DNA of 63,606 nt, counting the filler, from Folioceros fuciformis (lineage: Eukaryota), in the NCBI GenBank assembly GCA_049999805.1. It is 11 parts of 11 records of this genome, joined end to end, with 100 filler letters (N's around TTAATTAATTAA, not from the genome) between each part and the next. Parts side by side here need not be neighbours in the genome. Positions count along the whole stretch, not along the records: positions 5,711 to 12,914 come from JBNGIO010005050.1; positions 13,015 to 21,795 come from JBNGIO010005052.1; positions 21,896 to 27,083 come from JBNGIO010005053.1; 8 more parts are not named here. One strand, given 5' to 3'. A program made the translations under genes and the position numbers. The notes under the pieces were generated by a model. It searched no databases, was not told the DNA's origin, and worked only from the letters and a program-made list of their open reading frames with translations. This document shows positions 12,695-24,800 of this stretch, one piece after another; within the stretch, counting starts at the first letter, position 1; each line of letters opens with the position of its first letter.

Positions 12695-12915
12695 AACTTC
12701 AGGAGGACATAACGGCCGCAATTCCGCGTGTCTGCCTTAGATCTACATACCAACAGATTTGTCGTGAAGAGGCGAACATTTTGGTATGTTTTGCGCTTAC
12801 TTTTGAGCTGATTCCAGAGACTGATCTTAGATTTTCAGTGTGGATCAGATCACTGCAAGAGGAGGACATAACGGCCGCAATTCTGCTTGGCTCCCTTTGA
12901 TCTACATACCAACAN
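12695..12915. repeat. Imperfect direct repeat, period ~158 bp
   Basis: AGGAGGACATAACGGCCGCAATTC...GATCTACATACCAACA at ~12701 and ~12860; GGTATG...TTTTCAG intron-like signals lie between. Confidence 0.75.
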
Positions 12916-13095
12916 NNNNNNNNNNNNNNNNNNNNNNNNNNNNNNNNNNNNNNNNNNNTTAATTAATTAANNNNNNNNNNNNNNNNNNNNNNNNNNNNNN
13001 NNNNNNNNNNNNNNTGTGAGTAGTCTCTCCCGCAGTCCAGTCACCGTGCGTATTCACGAGGTTAGTTATGCTCACAACAGTGCACTTGGCCGCAG

Positions 13096-13449
13096 ATGGT
13101 GCCTGCGGGTACCAAGGTCTGCAACAGTAACGACACTGCCGCCGCCGCTTTCACTGCTTTGTGCAAGCTAAATGATCGCATTCACAGCTACACGGACCTG
13201 TTATGCTGCCCTGGTTGCGGAGGTGTCAGCCTGTCTGGCCCGTCCCGTCACCACTGGTGGATCATACTTGCAACCGCTGCTGTTGGTCTTGCCGTCAGTG
13301 GTGGCGCATTCTATCTGCTCTGGAAGCGGAGTTGCAAGTGCATCGCTACATCCAGCGAGCAGCACACCCGTACCAGCAGAGGGGATCCCACCGGTCTCTT
13401 CGATGAAACTCGCTTGCAGGGTGAACCTCTTCCCAACCCAAAGATATGA
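13096..13449 (+). CDS. Putative exon encoding a single transmembrane helix with a Cys-rich flank
   Basis: Preceded by acceptor-like CCGCAG; WWIILATAAVGLAVSGGAFYLLW followed by basic KR; upstream sequence lost in a gap. Confidence 0.35.
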   Translation: MVPAGTKVCNSNDTAAAAFTALCKLNDRIHSYTDLLCCPGCGGVSLSGPSRHHWWIILATAAVGLAVSGGAFYLLWKRSCKCIATSSEQHTRTSRGDPTGLFDETRLQGEPLPNPKI

Positions 13450-13797
13450 ATTGCACATCCGGCATCCTTGGGTACTGTACGAGGCCTTGAGCACCAAGTA
13501 CCTACCGTAGTCGTAGTCCTGCCTTTGGTCGCCTTGTGCCAGGATCCATCCCCATTGCCAGCCTCTACCTGCAATCCTGTGCAACACTCCACGAACAGGC
13601 ACGGATAGAGAATCCATCACCTTCTATAGCAGCTGGTGAATTGGAGACCACCTGCCCCCACATGGATGAAAGAAAATGATGTGGAGCACTGTATTTGAAC
13701 ATTTGAGGCCTTGATGTTAGGAAGCCAGCTCTGTGTGCGTGACTTCAACCCTCCAGGACACCGTCCTTGCAAGCTCAACAAATACAGGGGAATTTCC

Positions 13798-13990
13798 TGC
13801 TTAGTGGAGATAGGACCCTGTTGTATTCATTGAGAGCTTGCTTAGTGGAGCTTTGAGAGCTTGCTTAGTGGAGCTTTGAGAGCTTGCTTAGTGGAGATAG
13901 GACCCTGCTGTTGTATTCATTGAGAGCTTGGTTAGTGGAGCTTTGAGAGCTTGCTTAGTGGAGATAGGACCCTGCTGTTGTATTCATTAT
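13798..13990. repeat. Compound tandem repeat (22-bp and ~40-bp units)
   Basis: TTGAGAGCTTGCTTAGTGGAG units alternating with ATAGGACCCTGCTGTTGTATTCA. Confidence 0.9.
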
Positions 13991-14054
13991 GATGGTTGTT
14001 ATACATGTGCCCTAGGGTTATTTACCAATTCAATTTAATGGCTACACAAAGTTA

Positions 14055-17000
14055 TGTTAGTCCAAAACTCGTCTTCAACCTAGTTGTTTGTCCCGTTAGG
14101 AGATTCTCATTAGGTACCTTTTAGATGGGTTCGTGCTACCTCGTCCGACTATGGCTGGACTCGGCTTCGTTCCTGTTAGCTACACACGTAGATTGGCCAT
14201 GGCGGAGCGTGTGTCATTCTCTCCCACTTAAGCTGGCCAGGTCCTCCTGGCGGATCTGTCTGGGAGCTTAGGAAGCTTGCATCTAAGCCCGCAAGTAAGG
14301 GAAGTGATGGCAAAAGGCTGCGGGTCGCAGCATTGTCAGGTTCGCCTGTCCAGGCCACGAGGAAGTCTGTCACACAGCGAGAACGGAGCTGGCGATTGCG
14401 GCACTGGAGGATACGATGGGGCTGGTGAGGGCCAAAACTTGGCGGCTAGGCTAGGTTTTCCAAACCAAAGCAATCTGGAACGGCGGAAGTTGCCGGGGTG
14501 GGGCACTGAGCAGAGGAGCTGCCTGGAGCTGGGCTGGGCTGGGAAGAAGGGTGTGATTCTAGCTGCTGGTCGGCAGAGGGATCAGGTGGATGTGCAGGTA
14601 GGGTTGTGGCGGCGGGTGCCGGGCTGGAGATCACCGGCTTGAGCATGGAGATGTGAAATGTCCTGCAAAGACGCCAATCAGCGGGAAGGTCGAGCTGGTA
14701 TGCTATTGGGTTGATCTGCCTAGACACTATGAAGGGCCCGGCGTACCGATAGGATAGCTTATCCTGTGACTGGATTAGAGCTGGGTAGCGGTGAGGCTTC
14801 ACGCAAAGCCACACTTGTTGGCCGACACTATAGCTGACTGCCCGGCGATGCTTGTTGGCTGTTTTACAGGATCTGTCCCGGGCAGTGAGGAGTTTCTCCT
14901 TCGCCAACTTGACCTCATGCCAGATGTCCTCCGCAACCTCAGCTGCACTCCGCCACTTCCCCTGGCTGCTGGGCCACAAGCCTGGTGGTAGTGGAGTTTC
15001 TCCATAGAGTAGCTTGAACGGGGCCACCCCTGTAGCTGCGTGCTTCAACGAGTTGTAGGCATACTCTAGCACAGGGAGGAGTTCTTCCCACCTTGTATGT
15101 TTCTCATGGGTGAAGTGACGAAGCATGTCTTCCAGGACCTAGTTTTGTTTCTTTGTTTGTCCGTTTGTCTCTAGATGATATGCTAACGACATGTTTTGCT
15201 TAATGCCTAGGGTTTCCATGAATGTTCTCTAGAACCCTGAGGTGAACTTAGGATCCCGGTTAGAGACGATGTCTTCTGGAGCTCCATGCAACCTAAAGAT
15301 TTCCTGGACGAAGACTCCAGCTAGCTTGGATGTTGTGATGGTGGAGGTCACGGGAACAAAGTGGCAGACCTTGGAGAACCTATCATTGACCACCGTGATA
15401 CTGTCTTTTCCAAAACGGGTATGTGGCAGGTGAGTGATGAAATCCATAGCAATTGACCTGAATCGTCCACTTGGAATTTGTAGGGGTAATAACAGACCCG
15501 GCATCTTCTGATGGCTAGGCTTGGCTTGCTAGCAGGAGAGCACCCATTCGATGCAGTCAGCGCGCATCCCTTCCCAATGGAAGTGCTCCTTGACCTTGGC
15601 ATATGTCTTGTCAATGCCCAGGTGGCCCGAAATGGGTGAATCATGCATGTCATGCGGGATGGCCTGTTTCAACTCCGTGAGCTGTGAAGGGATGACCAGT
15701 CTCCCCTTTCGATACACAAAAGCATCCTGGAGTGAATACTGCTGGGTAAGTGCTGTAGGGACCCCTGTTTGTGCATCTATCAATAGCTGTCTATACAGTT
15801 TCGACAAGACTGGGTCATGGGGAATTCCATTTCGGACTAACTAGATTGTTTGGGTCTGGGTTCTCATGAGGGTGCAGGCACGCCGACTCAAGGCATCTGC
15901 AACCACATTAGTTGAGCCTGATACATACTAGATCTCCAAGTGGTAGTCTACCAGAGCTTCAGCCCAACGTCGCTACCGAGCATTCAAGTTGGGCTGAGAG
16001 AAGAAATGCTGCAAGGAGTGGTGATCAATATGACACACCACTTTCTGCCCCAGGAGGTAATGTTGCCATACCTTCAAGGCATGTGTAATGGCCAACATCT
16101 CCTTATCATGCACTGGATAGTTTAGTTGTGCTCCTTGCAACTTCCTGCTTTCGTAGGCAATTGCCCTTCCTTGTTGGGATAGAATTGCCCCTATGGCATA
16201 GTCTGACGCATCTGTGTGGATGGTGTATGGCATGTGAGGATCTGCCACTAGCAGTACTGGCGCCGAGCCAAGGGCCTGCTTCAGCTGCTCAAAAAGCTAC
16301 GATGACCTCGGCTCCCAACTGGATGGGTTGCGGTGGAATGCCGGAGGGCATCCGTCAGGGGAAAAGCGATCCTGCTGAATCCCTTGATAAAGCGTTTGTA
16401 GAAGCCGGCCATACCCAAGAACCCTCTGAGCTGGGTTATGTCCTGTGGCAAGGGCTAGTTCATCACTACGCTGACCTTACGTGTGTCAACCTGGATGCCC
16501 TCTGCACTTATCACAAGTCCCAGGTATTCACATTTCTCTCTCATGAAGACACTTTTTTCTCTTGCCTAACAGCCTGTTGGCCCGTAGCAAGTCCAGCACC
16601 TTCCTAACCAGCTGGAGATGTGTTTCAGGGTCAGGGGTGTAGATGAGAATGTCATCCAGGAAGACTTCAATGCCATGTCCCAGTAGGGGTCGCAACACTT
16701 CCTGCATGAGACACTGGAAGGTGGCAGGAGCATTGGTAAGACCAAATGGCATTACCCTGAATTCGAAATGTCCATGTCGAGTTCGAAAGGCTGATTTGTG
16801 TTCATCTCCTAACCTGATCCAGATCTGGTGAAAGCTAGATCTTAGATCAATCTTGGTGAATAGCTTGGCTCCATGCAGCTGGTCGAGGATCTCGTCAATC
16901 CTTGGCATCTGGTAGACGTTTCTCACTGTGGCTCGATTAAGCCCTCGATAGTCTATGCACAGTCGCCATCCTTCATCTAGCTTGGCGACTAAGAGGACTG

Positions 17001-18705
17001 GAGCACTAAAGGGGGACACAGAAGGTTGTACAAAACCCTTCTGTAAGAACTCATCAACCTGTTTTTTGATCTTTTTGTTTTCCATTGTAGATGTCCTAAA
17101 GGGCTAGATACTAACCAATTTGTGGCCTGGCAGCAGCTCAATGGCATGGTCCACGGGTCTTCGAGGAGGGAGCTCCGTGGGTTCAGCAAACACGTCCTGA
17201 TACTCCCAAAGCAGGTCCTTCATGGATTGTGGGAGCTGGTCCTCATGGACCTTGGCTTCTGCAGCTCTTGACTCCGTAGTGCCTTCTAAGGGAAGCACCT
17301 TCTTGAGCTTTGCTATGTACAAGAATCTGCCCATGGCAGTTGCTTTATTGAGAGCAGAGACAGCAAATAGCTGCTTGTCAGGGAGGTACTGTTCGCCCTG
17401 CATGACGTATGTCTGATGGTCTTGCAAGAGGTGAACAACGTTTTTCTTCCAGTCTACCTCCAGCTGATCCAAGTGACTGACTAACCATGGCTTGCCTATG
17501 ATCAGGTCATGGCAGAGCGAGGGCATCATGGTCAGCTTGAGAACCTCCTTGAACCCTCTTAGAAAGGTAAATTCTGCTTCCGTCCACTATTCTCTACTTG
17601 TCTCCTTCTCACCTAGGGCTGTGATCACTGTGGAGTCCTGACCTGTGTCCTTGACTTACAGGCCAGCTCTTTCTACAGCTGCCTTGGACACATAATGATG
17701 ACTGGCCACAGAGTCCAGCAACCCTGTGGCCCGGACTTCGGCCAACGACACCTCAAGTTTGATAGGTATGTGAGCTAACTGGCATGCAGCAACTGATCCG
17801 AGTTTACTTGCAAAAATCAAGGATGGTCACAACTAGAGTGGGTTCACTAACCTCTATGAGGGTTATGGCGTGTTCGCTCTTGACAGGGGCTGGGGATACG
17901 CCGCTCCTAGTGAACTTGCCTGTCTCCTTCAGCCAGCTTATGAAGTCCCTCCTGAAAGGGCAGGATTTCGAACCATGTCCGGATGCTGAGCAGGTAAAGC
18001 ACTTCCTGGCCTTCTTGTAGTCTTCCTTCTCTTCCTTCGTGAGGATTATGAAGGTTGGCTTTTTCTCTGTGGCGTTGGCAGACTTGCTCCACTTGGGCTT
18101 GGGAGGGCCAGTTGAGGAAAGATGCTTGTACTTGTTGGTGCCATAGTTGATGGCCGCCTTCATGGCCTCCACCAGGGTTGTGGGGTTCGTCTGGTTCACG
18201 TATGCCCTCATCTCGAACTTCAACCCATCGATGAACTTCTCAATTTTTTATTCCTCATCCAACCTAGGCATGTCAAGGGTAAGTTGTAAGAACTTGTCAC
18301 AGTACTCTTAAATTGTGCCTTGTTGGAAGATCTTCCTCAATTGCTGATATAGGTCCTTGCAGTGGTTCACTGGCAGGAACTGTTCAAGGAAGATTTGTCA
18401 GAAGACTGGCCAAGAGTAGATCGGGGACTCCATGCCGAGGTCGACTTGTTTCTCCCGTTGGTGCCACCAACGGTATGCATACCCCTTCAGTGACATGACG
18501 CAAAATTGGATCTTCTACAAGTCATCTTTGTCAGAAGCAGCAAGATACTTGTCAATTTTGTCTAACCAGTCGTGAAAGCTCTAGGCATCCTTGGCTCCTC
18601 CATCGAAGGTCTTGATTTTTTGATGGAGCTCCTTGTCCAGCTGAGGCCTGGGTTTGAACTGGTAGTGTGAAGAATGCAAGTTGCTAGGCAAAGCAGCCAA
18701 TGCAT
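14055..18705 (-). mobile_element. Ty3/gypsy chromovirus (gag-PR-RT-RH-INT-chromodomain, PPT, 3' LTR), decayed
   Basis: Zn knuckle CFTCSASGHGSKSC; RT WRLCIDYRGLN, MPFGLTNAPATFQ, FLDDIL; RNase H TDASDYAIGAIL; INT HDSPISGHLG, IAMDFIT, YAGPF; chromodomain PHRILQCRNRQLRSRCVTDFLVAWTG (~14300-14425); PPT 14217-14230; LTR starts TGACAC at 14216 (far end ~14055 inferred). Confidence 0.93.
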
Positions 18706-21700
18706 TGTACAAAACAACAATGAATAAAGAATCAATAATTACAAAGGAAAGGTTGTGTCTTATATATCACTTTAAGTGACCTTTGGATAATTAACCTAAA
18801 CTATACTAACCATGACGCTGGTTACAAATACATAACCCTAACAGGGGTTATTTCTAACACACCCCCTTAACCACGGCACTAGTTACGTGATAGACATTTA
18901 GCGCGGAGTGAGGACGGTCGATTAGGTAGAGCAACAAAGCTTCATCCGCCTGAACCATCTTGGTGTTGTCTGTTGCTAGGGCTGGAAGGTTATGTAGTCC
19001 AACCATCTTGGTGTTGTTTGTTGCTAGGGCTGGAAGGTTATGTAGTCCACTAGACCCAGAGCTTCAGCATGGAAGTTATGCTTCAGCGTGGGTAGACTTT
19101 TAGTGAGCACATCCGTAGTATTCAGCTCGGTGGGGATGTGCTCAATGCTAACCACCTTCCTCTCCACTGAGTGTCGAACAAAGTGGTGATGTATCTCGAT
19201 GTCCTTGGTCCGAGTGTGGAAGCGCGGATTCCCCACCAAGGCAATAGTGGACATATTGTCACAGTAAACCACAGTAGGGTCCTTCTGCACAAAGTTCAAA
19301 CCACCTAGGAAAGAGCGTTCCCACTCAGCCTCCTTGGCTGCATCTGTAAGGGCCTTGTATTCTGCCTCGGTTGAGGACAATGCTACTGAAACTTGTTTCT
19401 TGGAGCTTCAATTAACAGCTGCACCTGACAAGAGGAAACAATAGGCAGAGAGACTGCGGCAGTGATCGGGATCGGTGGCCCAATCTGCGTCGCAGAAACC
19501 CTGAAGGCTGACAGCTTTATCTGTTCCAGCTCGGAAGCAGAGTCCATATGTGGAGGTACCCTTGAGGTAACGCAGTATTCTTTTAACGGCTACCCAGTGC
19601 ACGTGACCAGGATCCTCAAGAAATTGTGAGACAGCAGAGACTGAATGCTGGATATCGGGTCGGGTCCAGCAGCTAATGTAGTTGAGGCACCCAACAGCAT
19701 GCCGATAAGGCACCAGGCACATAAGCTCACGGTCTGTGTCATCCTGAGGGCTCTGCACAGAGGTAAGCTTCAAACCAACACTACCAGGTGTACTCACTGG
19801 TTTGGCATCCTGTAGGTTAAAACGTCGAAGAGTCTCACCAATATATTTTGTTTGATGAAGGATAAGGGTGCGATGAGCCCTGTCGCGGATAAGCTGCACG
19901 CCGAGGACAAAGGTTAGAGCTCCGATGTCCTTCATATCATAGCGTTTATGCAGCATCCCTTTCACCCAGTCCAACAACTCCCTGTTGTTGGAGGCTAGGA
20001 TAGCGTCGTCGACATAGAGGGCTAATATAACCATGTGACCACCCTTGTTGTAGATGTACACATTAGCATCAGCCGAATTTTGGATGAACCCAATGGACTT
20101 CAAGTACTTGTCGATACACTTATACCATTCTCGGGCACTTTGCTTCAAACCGTAAATCATTTTCTTCAACTTACATACCCAGGTGGGATGTGCAGGATCC
20201 ACGAAACCCTCAGGCTATTCCATATAGATATCCTCCTCGAGGTCTCCGTATAGAAAAGCTGTAGACACATCCATCTGTTCGAGATCCCAGTCCTTGGCTG
20301 CTGCAAGGGCTAGCATCATCTAGATGGACTATGTCTTCACCACGGGGCTGAAAGTCTCGTGAAAATCCACACCAGCAACTTGAGAAAATCCCCTGGCTAC
20401 AAGACGACTTTTGTACCTGGCGATTTCTCCTTGTACGTTGAGCTTATGTTTGAAAACCCACTTACAACTGACAGCTTTACGTCCAGCGGGCAAGGGACAT
20501 AATTCCCAAGTTCCATTCTTAATATGTGAATCATACTCATCTTGGATAGAAGGGATCCAATGGTGTTTGTCCTTGCCATTCACTGCCTCCTTGTATGTAC
20601 GTGGCTCAGCAGGTGGGACAAAGCTTGTGGAGAAGGCTTCACAAAGTCGGGCTAAACGGGGCTGCCTAAAGTCTTCCGGCTGGTAGGGCCGTTCATTCCG
20701 CTGGTCTCGAGATGGGCGTGACCTGCTGGGGTATCTGCTTTCCTCAACAGGTTCAGATTGAGGAGGCAACTCTACTTCAGCGGGTTCGGGCTCGAGGTGA
20801 GTGTAAAACTGTTCATCCACCTATCACGTCCATGGCGAGAGTATCATCAAGTTGTTCAACAGATAAGTGTAAATCTGAGTTAGCTGGACTTGAAACAGTG
20901 ATAGGAGATCGGACTGAAGCTGGCGATGGTGACGGCTGTGACCCAAGCTGTTGAGGCTGCGCAGTGGGTGGTGACTGAGTGCCGGGCTGCTGAGATGTAG
21001 CTCCAGGCTGCACAAATCCACCCCCTGAACGGCCAGCAGGCATAGGAGAGGCATGAGCCAGTTCATAAAAGACATCTTGGGGATACTCAGCAGGGGAATC
21101 ATACGCATCAGTGTCTAGAGAGGCAGACGACACAGGCAAAGAGGGGAACTCAGAAGCAAGCCCATCAAAGGAAGGGGTAGGAGAGTGAAGTTCCCTAAAG
21201 CTGACGCTGCGGGCAAAAACCAGGCTCCTTGAAGTCAGGTCGTAAAGCTTGTAAGCTTTGGATTCCTCCCCATAGCCAACAAAGACAAGCGGTCGTGCTT
21301 TATCATCCAGTTTCTTACATTGTTCAGGATGGATAAGAGCATAAGCTGGGGAGCCAAAAACTCGAAGGTGAAGGAGACTGGGCTTGCGCTGCCACATCGC
21401 TTCAAAAGGTGTGCGATCAGGCAAAGTTGAAGTAAGCAACCTGTTGAGAATATATGTAGCAGTCACGACAGCCTCGGCCCAATACGCCTTGCTCAAACCA
21501 GACCATGTTAGCATACTCCTGGTCATATTAAGAAGAGTTTGATTCCTACGCTCAGCAACCCCGTTTTGTTGCTGGGTGTAAGGAATACGAAATTGACGAG
21601 TAATCCCATGTGCTGCCAAGTACTCATTGAAGGCAGAATTAACAAATTCAGTCCCATTGTCGGACCTGAGGCAGCGGAGAAGGCAGCCTGTTTGACGCTG

Positions 21701-21795
21701 GATCATAACCAGCCACTCCTGGAAGAACTGAAAAGTGTCAGACTTGCATTTCATTGGGTAAGTCCAAGAGTATCTGCTATAGTCGTCAGTAATTG
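18706..21795 (-). mobile_element. Ty1/copia (INT-RT-RH, PPT, ~154-bp 3' LTR) nested in chromovirus gag
   Basis: LRSDNGTEF, QQNGVAERRNQTL, YKSRLVARGF, LYVDD, DADWA, RTKDIEIHHHFVR; PPT TTAAGGGGGTG 18860-18870; LTR TGTTAG...TGTACA 18859-18706; 5' part lost in a gap. Confidence 0.93.
18953..19048. repeat. 48-bp tandem duplication spanning the copia pol stop codon
   Basis: AACCATCTTGGTGTTGT(C/T)TGTTGCTAGGGCTGGAAGGTTATGTAGTCC x2. Confidence 0.95.
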
Positions 21796-21895
21796 NNNNN
21801 NNNNNNNNNNNNNNNNNNNNNNNNNNNNNNNNNNNNNNNTTAATTAATTAANNNNNNNNNNNNNNNNNNNNNNNNNNNNNNNNNNNNNNNNNNNN

Positions 21896-24800
21896 TATTA
21901 TCCCCCACTTAATATGTTACTGGGTGCCCTAATACGAGTTGCCCTAAGTATTTAAATATACTTTCAACACCCCCACTCAACGAGTATTGCAGAAATCGAC
22001 ATGTGGCCATCACTTAAGCTCGCATTACTCAGCCCTCTCTCGCGCGCCTTGAGATTTGTCCATGTCCGACTTAGGTGGCTGATGGACAGACTAGAAACTT
22101 GGGTTGCCGAGCTCGAAGTCGAACGCGATTTTTCACTACAGGCTCTAGGAGACGTAGCTGTAGCAGCGGCGTGGGTTGACAGCCAGTTGTCCTTCTCAGA
22201 AAACCAATTTTTGACGTTTGAGCAGAGACACCAGCTCTCTGTTTGTCATCACAAGCACGGCTGTTCCATCACATGCACTGGAGTGAATTGGGCTCCTGCA
22301 AATTTCATCTGCAGGCGCACTGGATTGAGATTCGTGCGAGTCACAGTTTCCTGCAGCTCACCTTCCACCATCACCAACTGTTATGGTGACCTCTTGCCTC
22401 AACACCAGCTCCAATGCATAGTCAGTTATCTTCTAACCTTATGCTGTACCTGTTGCTGTCACAATTCCAGACCTGCAAGTTGACGACACACAATGACCAG
22501 GTATATACAAAACATCAACATATGCAGACCTAGACTGTAACCTAATTACTTGTCCTTGTCTATCCTTCTTCAGGCACAAGCCCTAGGCGCCAGCAGTGCT
22601 TATGATGCTGCTCCGAGGGCAATGCCTTAGTTAGGATATCAGCTGGGTTCTCAGAGGTACTGATGTAGATCAGCTGTAACTCTCCTCTTGCGACTACATC
22701 TCTAATAAAATGATGATGCACCTCTATATGTTTCGTGCGTGAATGAAAGACCGGATTGTTGGCAAGGGCTATCGCCCCTTGATTGTCACAATGTAGCCTT
22801 GTAGGTGTTGTCTGGTTCTGCCCTATGTCCCCCAGACATCGTCTATCCCAGATAGCCTCTTTGGCAGCCATTGTAAGCGTCTTGTATTGTGCTTCAGTGC
22901 TTGATAAGCATATGCTAGCATTTTTCTTGCATGACCAGGAGATTGGTCCACCAGCTAGTGTGAATACATATGCTGCGATCGACTTCCTGCCATCTGGGAT
23001 TGCTGCCCAGTCACTATCACAGAAGCCAGCAAGTTCAAGTCTTCTGCTGTCCTCAGCCTGGTAAGTAATGCAGTAATCCGCTGTATACTTCAGATACCTC
23101 ATTATTCGCTTGACCTGAATCCAGTGGTCTTTGCCAGGGCTTACTAGGAACTGAGAGATGAGATGCACAGGAAATGCAATGTCCACCCTTGTCAAGCATG
23201 TCAGGTATATCAACGTGCCTACTGCTTCTTTGTAAGGCACCTTTTGCATTTCCTGGATTTCTGCTGATGTCGCAGCTGCTTGCTCTTTTGACAACTTCAC
23301 ACCAGTTGATAGTGGAGTATTGCTGCCATGGGCTTCCATCAAATTAAACCTACTAAGCATGTCATTTACATACTTCTTCTGTGACAGTCTGATAGACCTT
23401 TTGGAACGATTTCGGATCACTTCAACTCCCAGGCACCACTTGAGTGGACCTATGTCCGTCATTTCAAACTCTGCTTTCAGGAAGTTTTTGACTGTGATTA
23501 GCAAACTAGCTGGACCAGGTGTTGCTGCAAGTACTAAGTCATCAACATACACCAGCAGTAGCAGGTAAGACCCCTTTCGTTTTAGCACGTATAGATTACA
23601 ATCAGCAGTTGCTCTGTTGAATCCACACTTAAGCAAGAAGGCATCTAATCTGTTGTGCCACGCTCTTGGCCTCTGCTTGAGCCCATAGAGTGTTTTATTT
23701 AACTTGCACACCAGATGTTCACTTCCTTTCTTCACGTACCCTTCGGGCTGCTGCATGTAGATTTCCTCCTCTAGGGTTCCATTCAAGAAGGCTGTACGGA
23801 CGTCCATCTGCTCGAGATCAAGGTCTTCATGAGCTGCCACAGCCAGGACTAGTCTGAGGGTAGGAAATTTTACCACGGGTGCAAAAGTCTCGAAGTAATC
23901 TTCTCCTGCACGTTGTGAGAATCCCCTCCCAACCAGTCTTGCCTTTAACCTTTCTACACTCCCATCTGCATTATATTTAGTCTTAAACACCCATTTATTA
24001 CTGATTGCCCTTCTGTTCTTTGGTTCCATTTTTGATCAAGGATGCATATTCATCCTCAACAGCTTTCTTCCAGCCCTTAGCATCTGGACCACTATACGCC
24101 TCTTCCATAGTTGCTGGATCAACTGGGTTCACGCTAGCTGCAGCCACTGCAAGTACCTGAGCTACTGAGAGATCATTATCAAGGTGACCTTGTTGTACAG
24201 TTGTTAGTAGGGACGTAAGCATAGACGTGTCTCCCTCATCACTTGAGTGCACATCAGCTTCTACAGAAGAGTCCCCCACTAGACATGAACTGTCTACCTG
24301 GCCGGTAGCAAAGTCTGTGTGGCTGTGTCTGCTGATCCACTGATCAGAATGATAAAATGCAGGAGCTGTACGAGTCCTGATTGATCTCCGTACGGGAGGA
24401 GTTGTAGGAACTGCTTCTGGTACATCATCCCCTGCTGGGATGGGCACAAGAACTTGAAGGGGCTTCTCCACTGAATCGTCACCAGGTATGTCAAATGAGT
24501 CCTCTTCATCGTGAGGCGTACCATGCTCAGACTGGTCAAAGACTGCAGCTTGTATTTCTTCGATACTGTCTGATGCTGAGTCTAGCGAACCATGCCCGAA
24601 TACAAATGTATTTACTATATCATCCTCTTGGGCAGGGGAAGTTTCAGGCATGGGATCCGAAGTCTCACTCTCGCCAACAGCAGCTGTAGCTTGCTTCTCC
24701 AAGAGTGCAGCCTCATTAAAGATCACGCTACGGGCATACTCAACTTGTCGAGTTGCAGGATCAAAGAGTTTATAAGCCTTAATACCATCTGTATATCCGA

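Noticed and set aside
13798-13990. CRISPR-like repeat-spacer pattern
   Set aside because: The intervening segments are themselves repeats; eukaryotic context.
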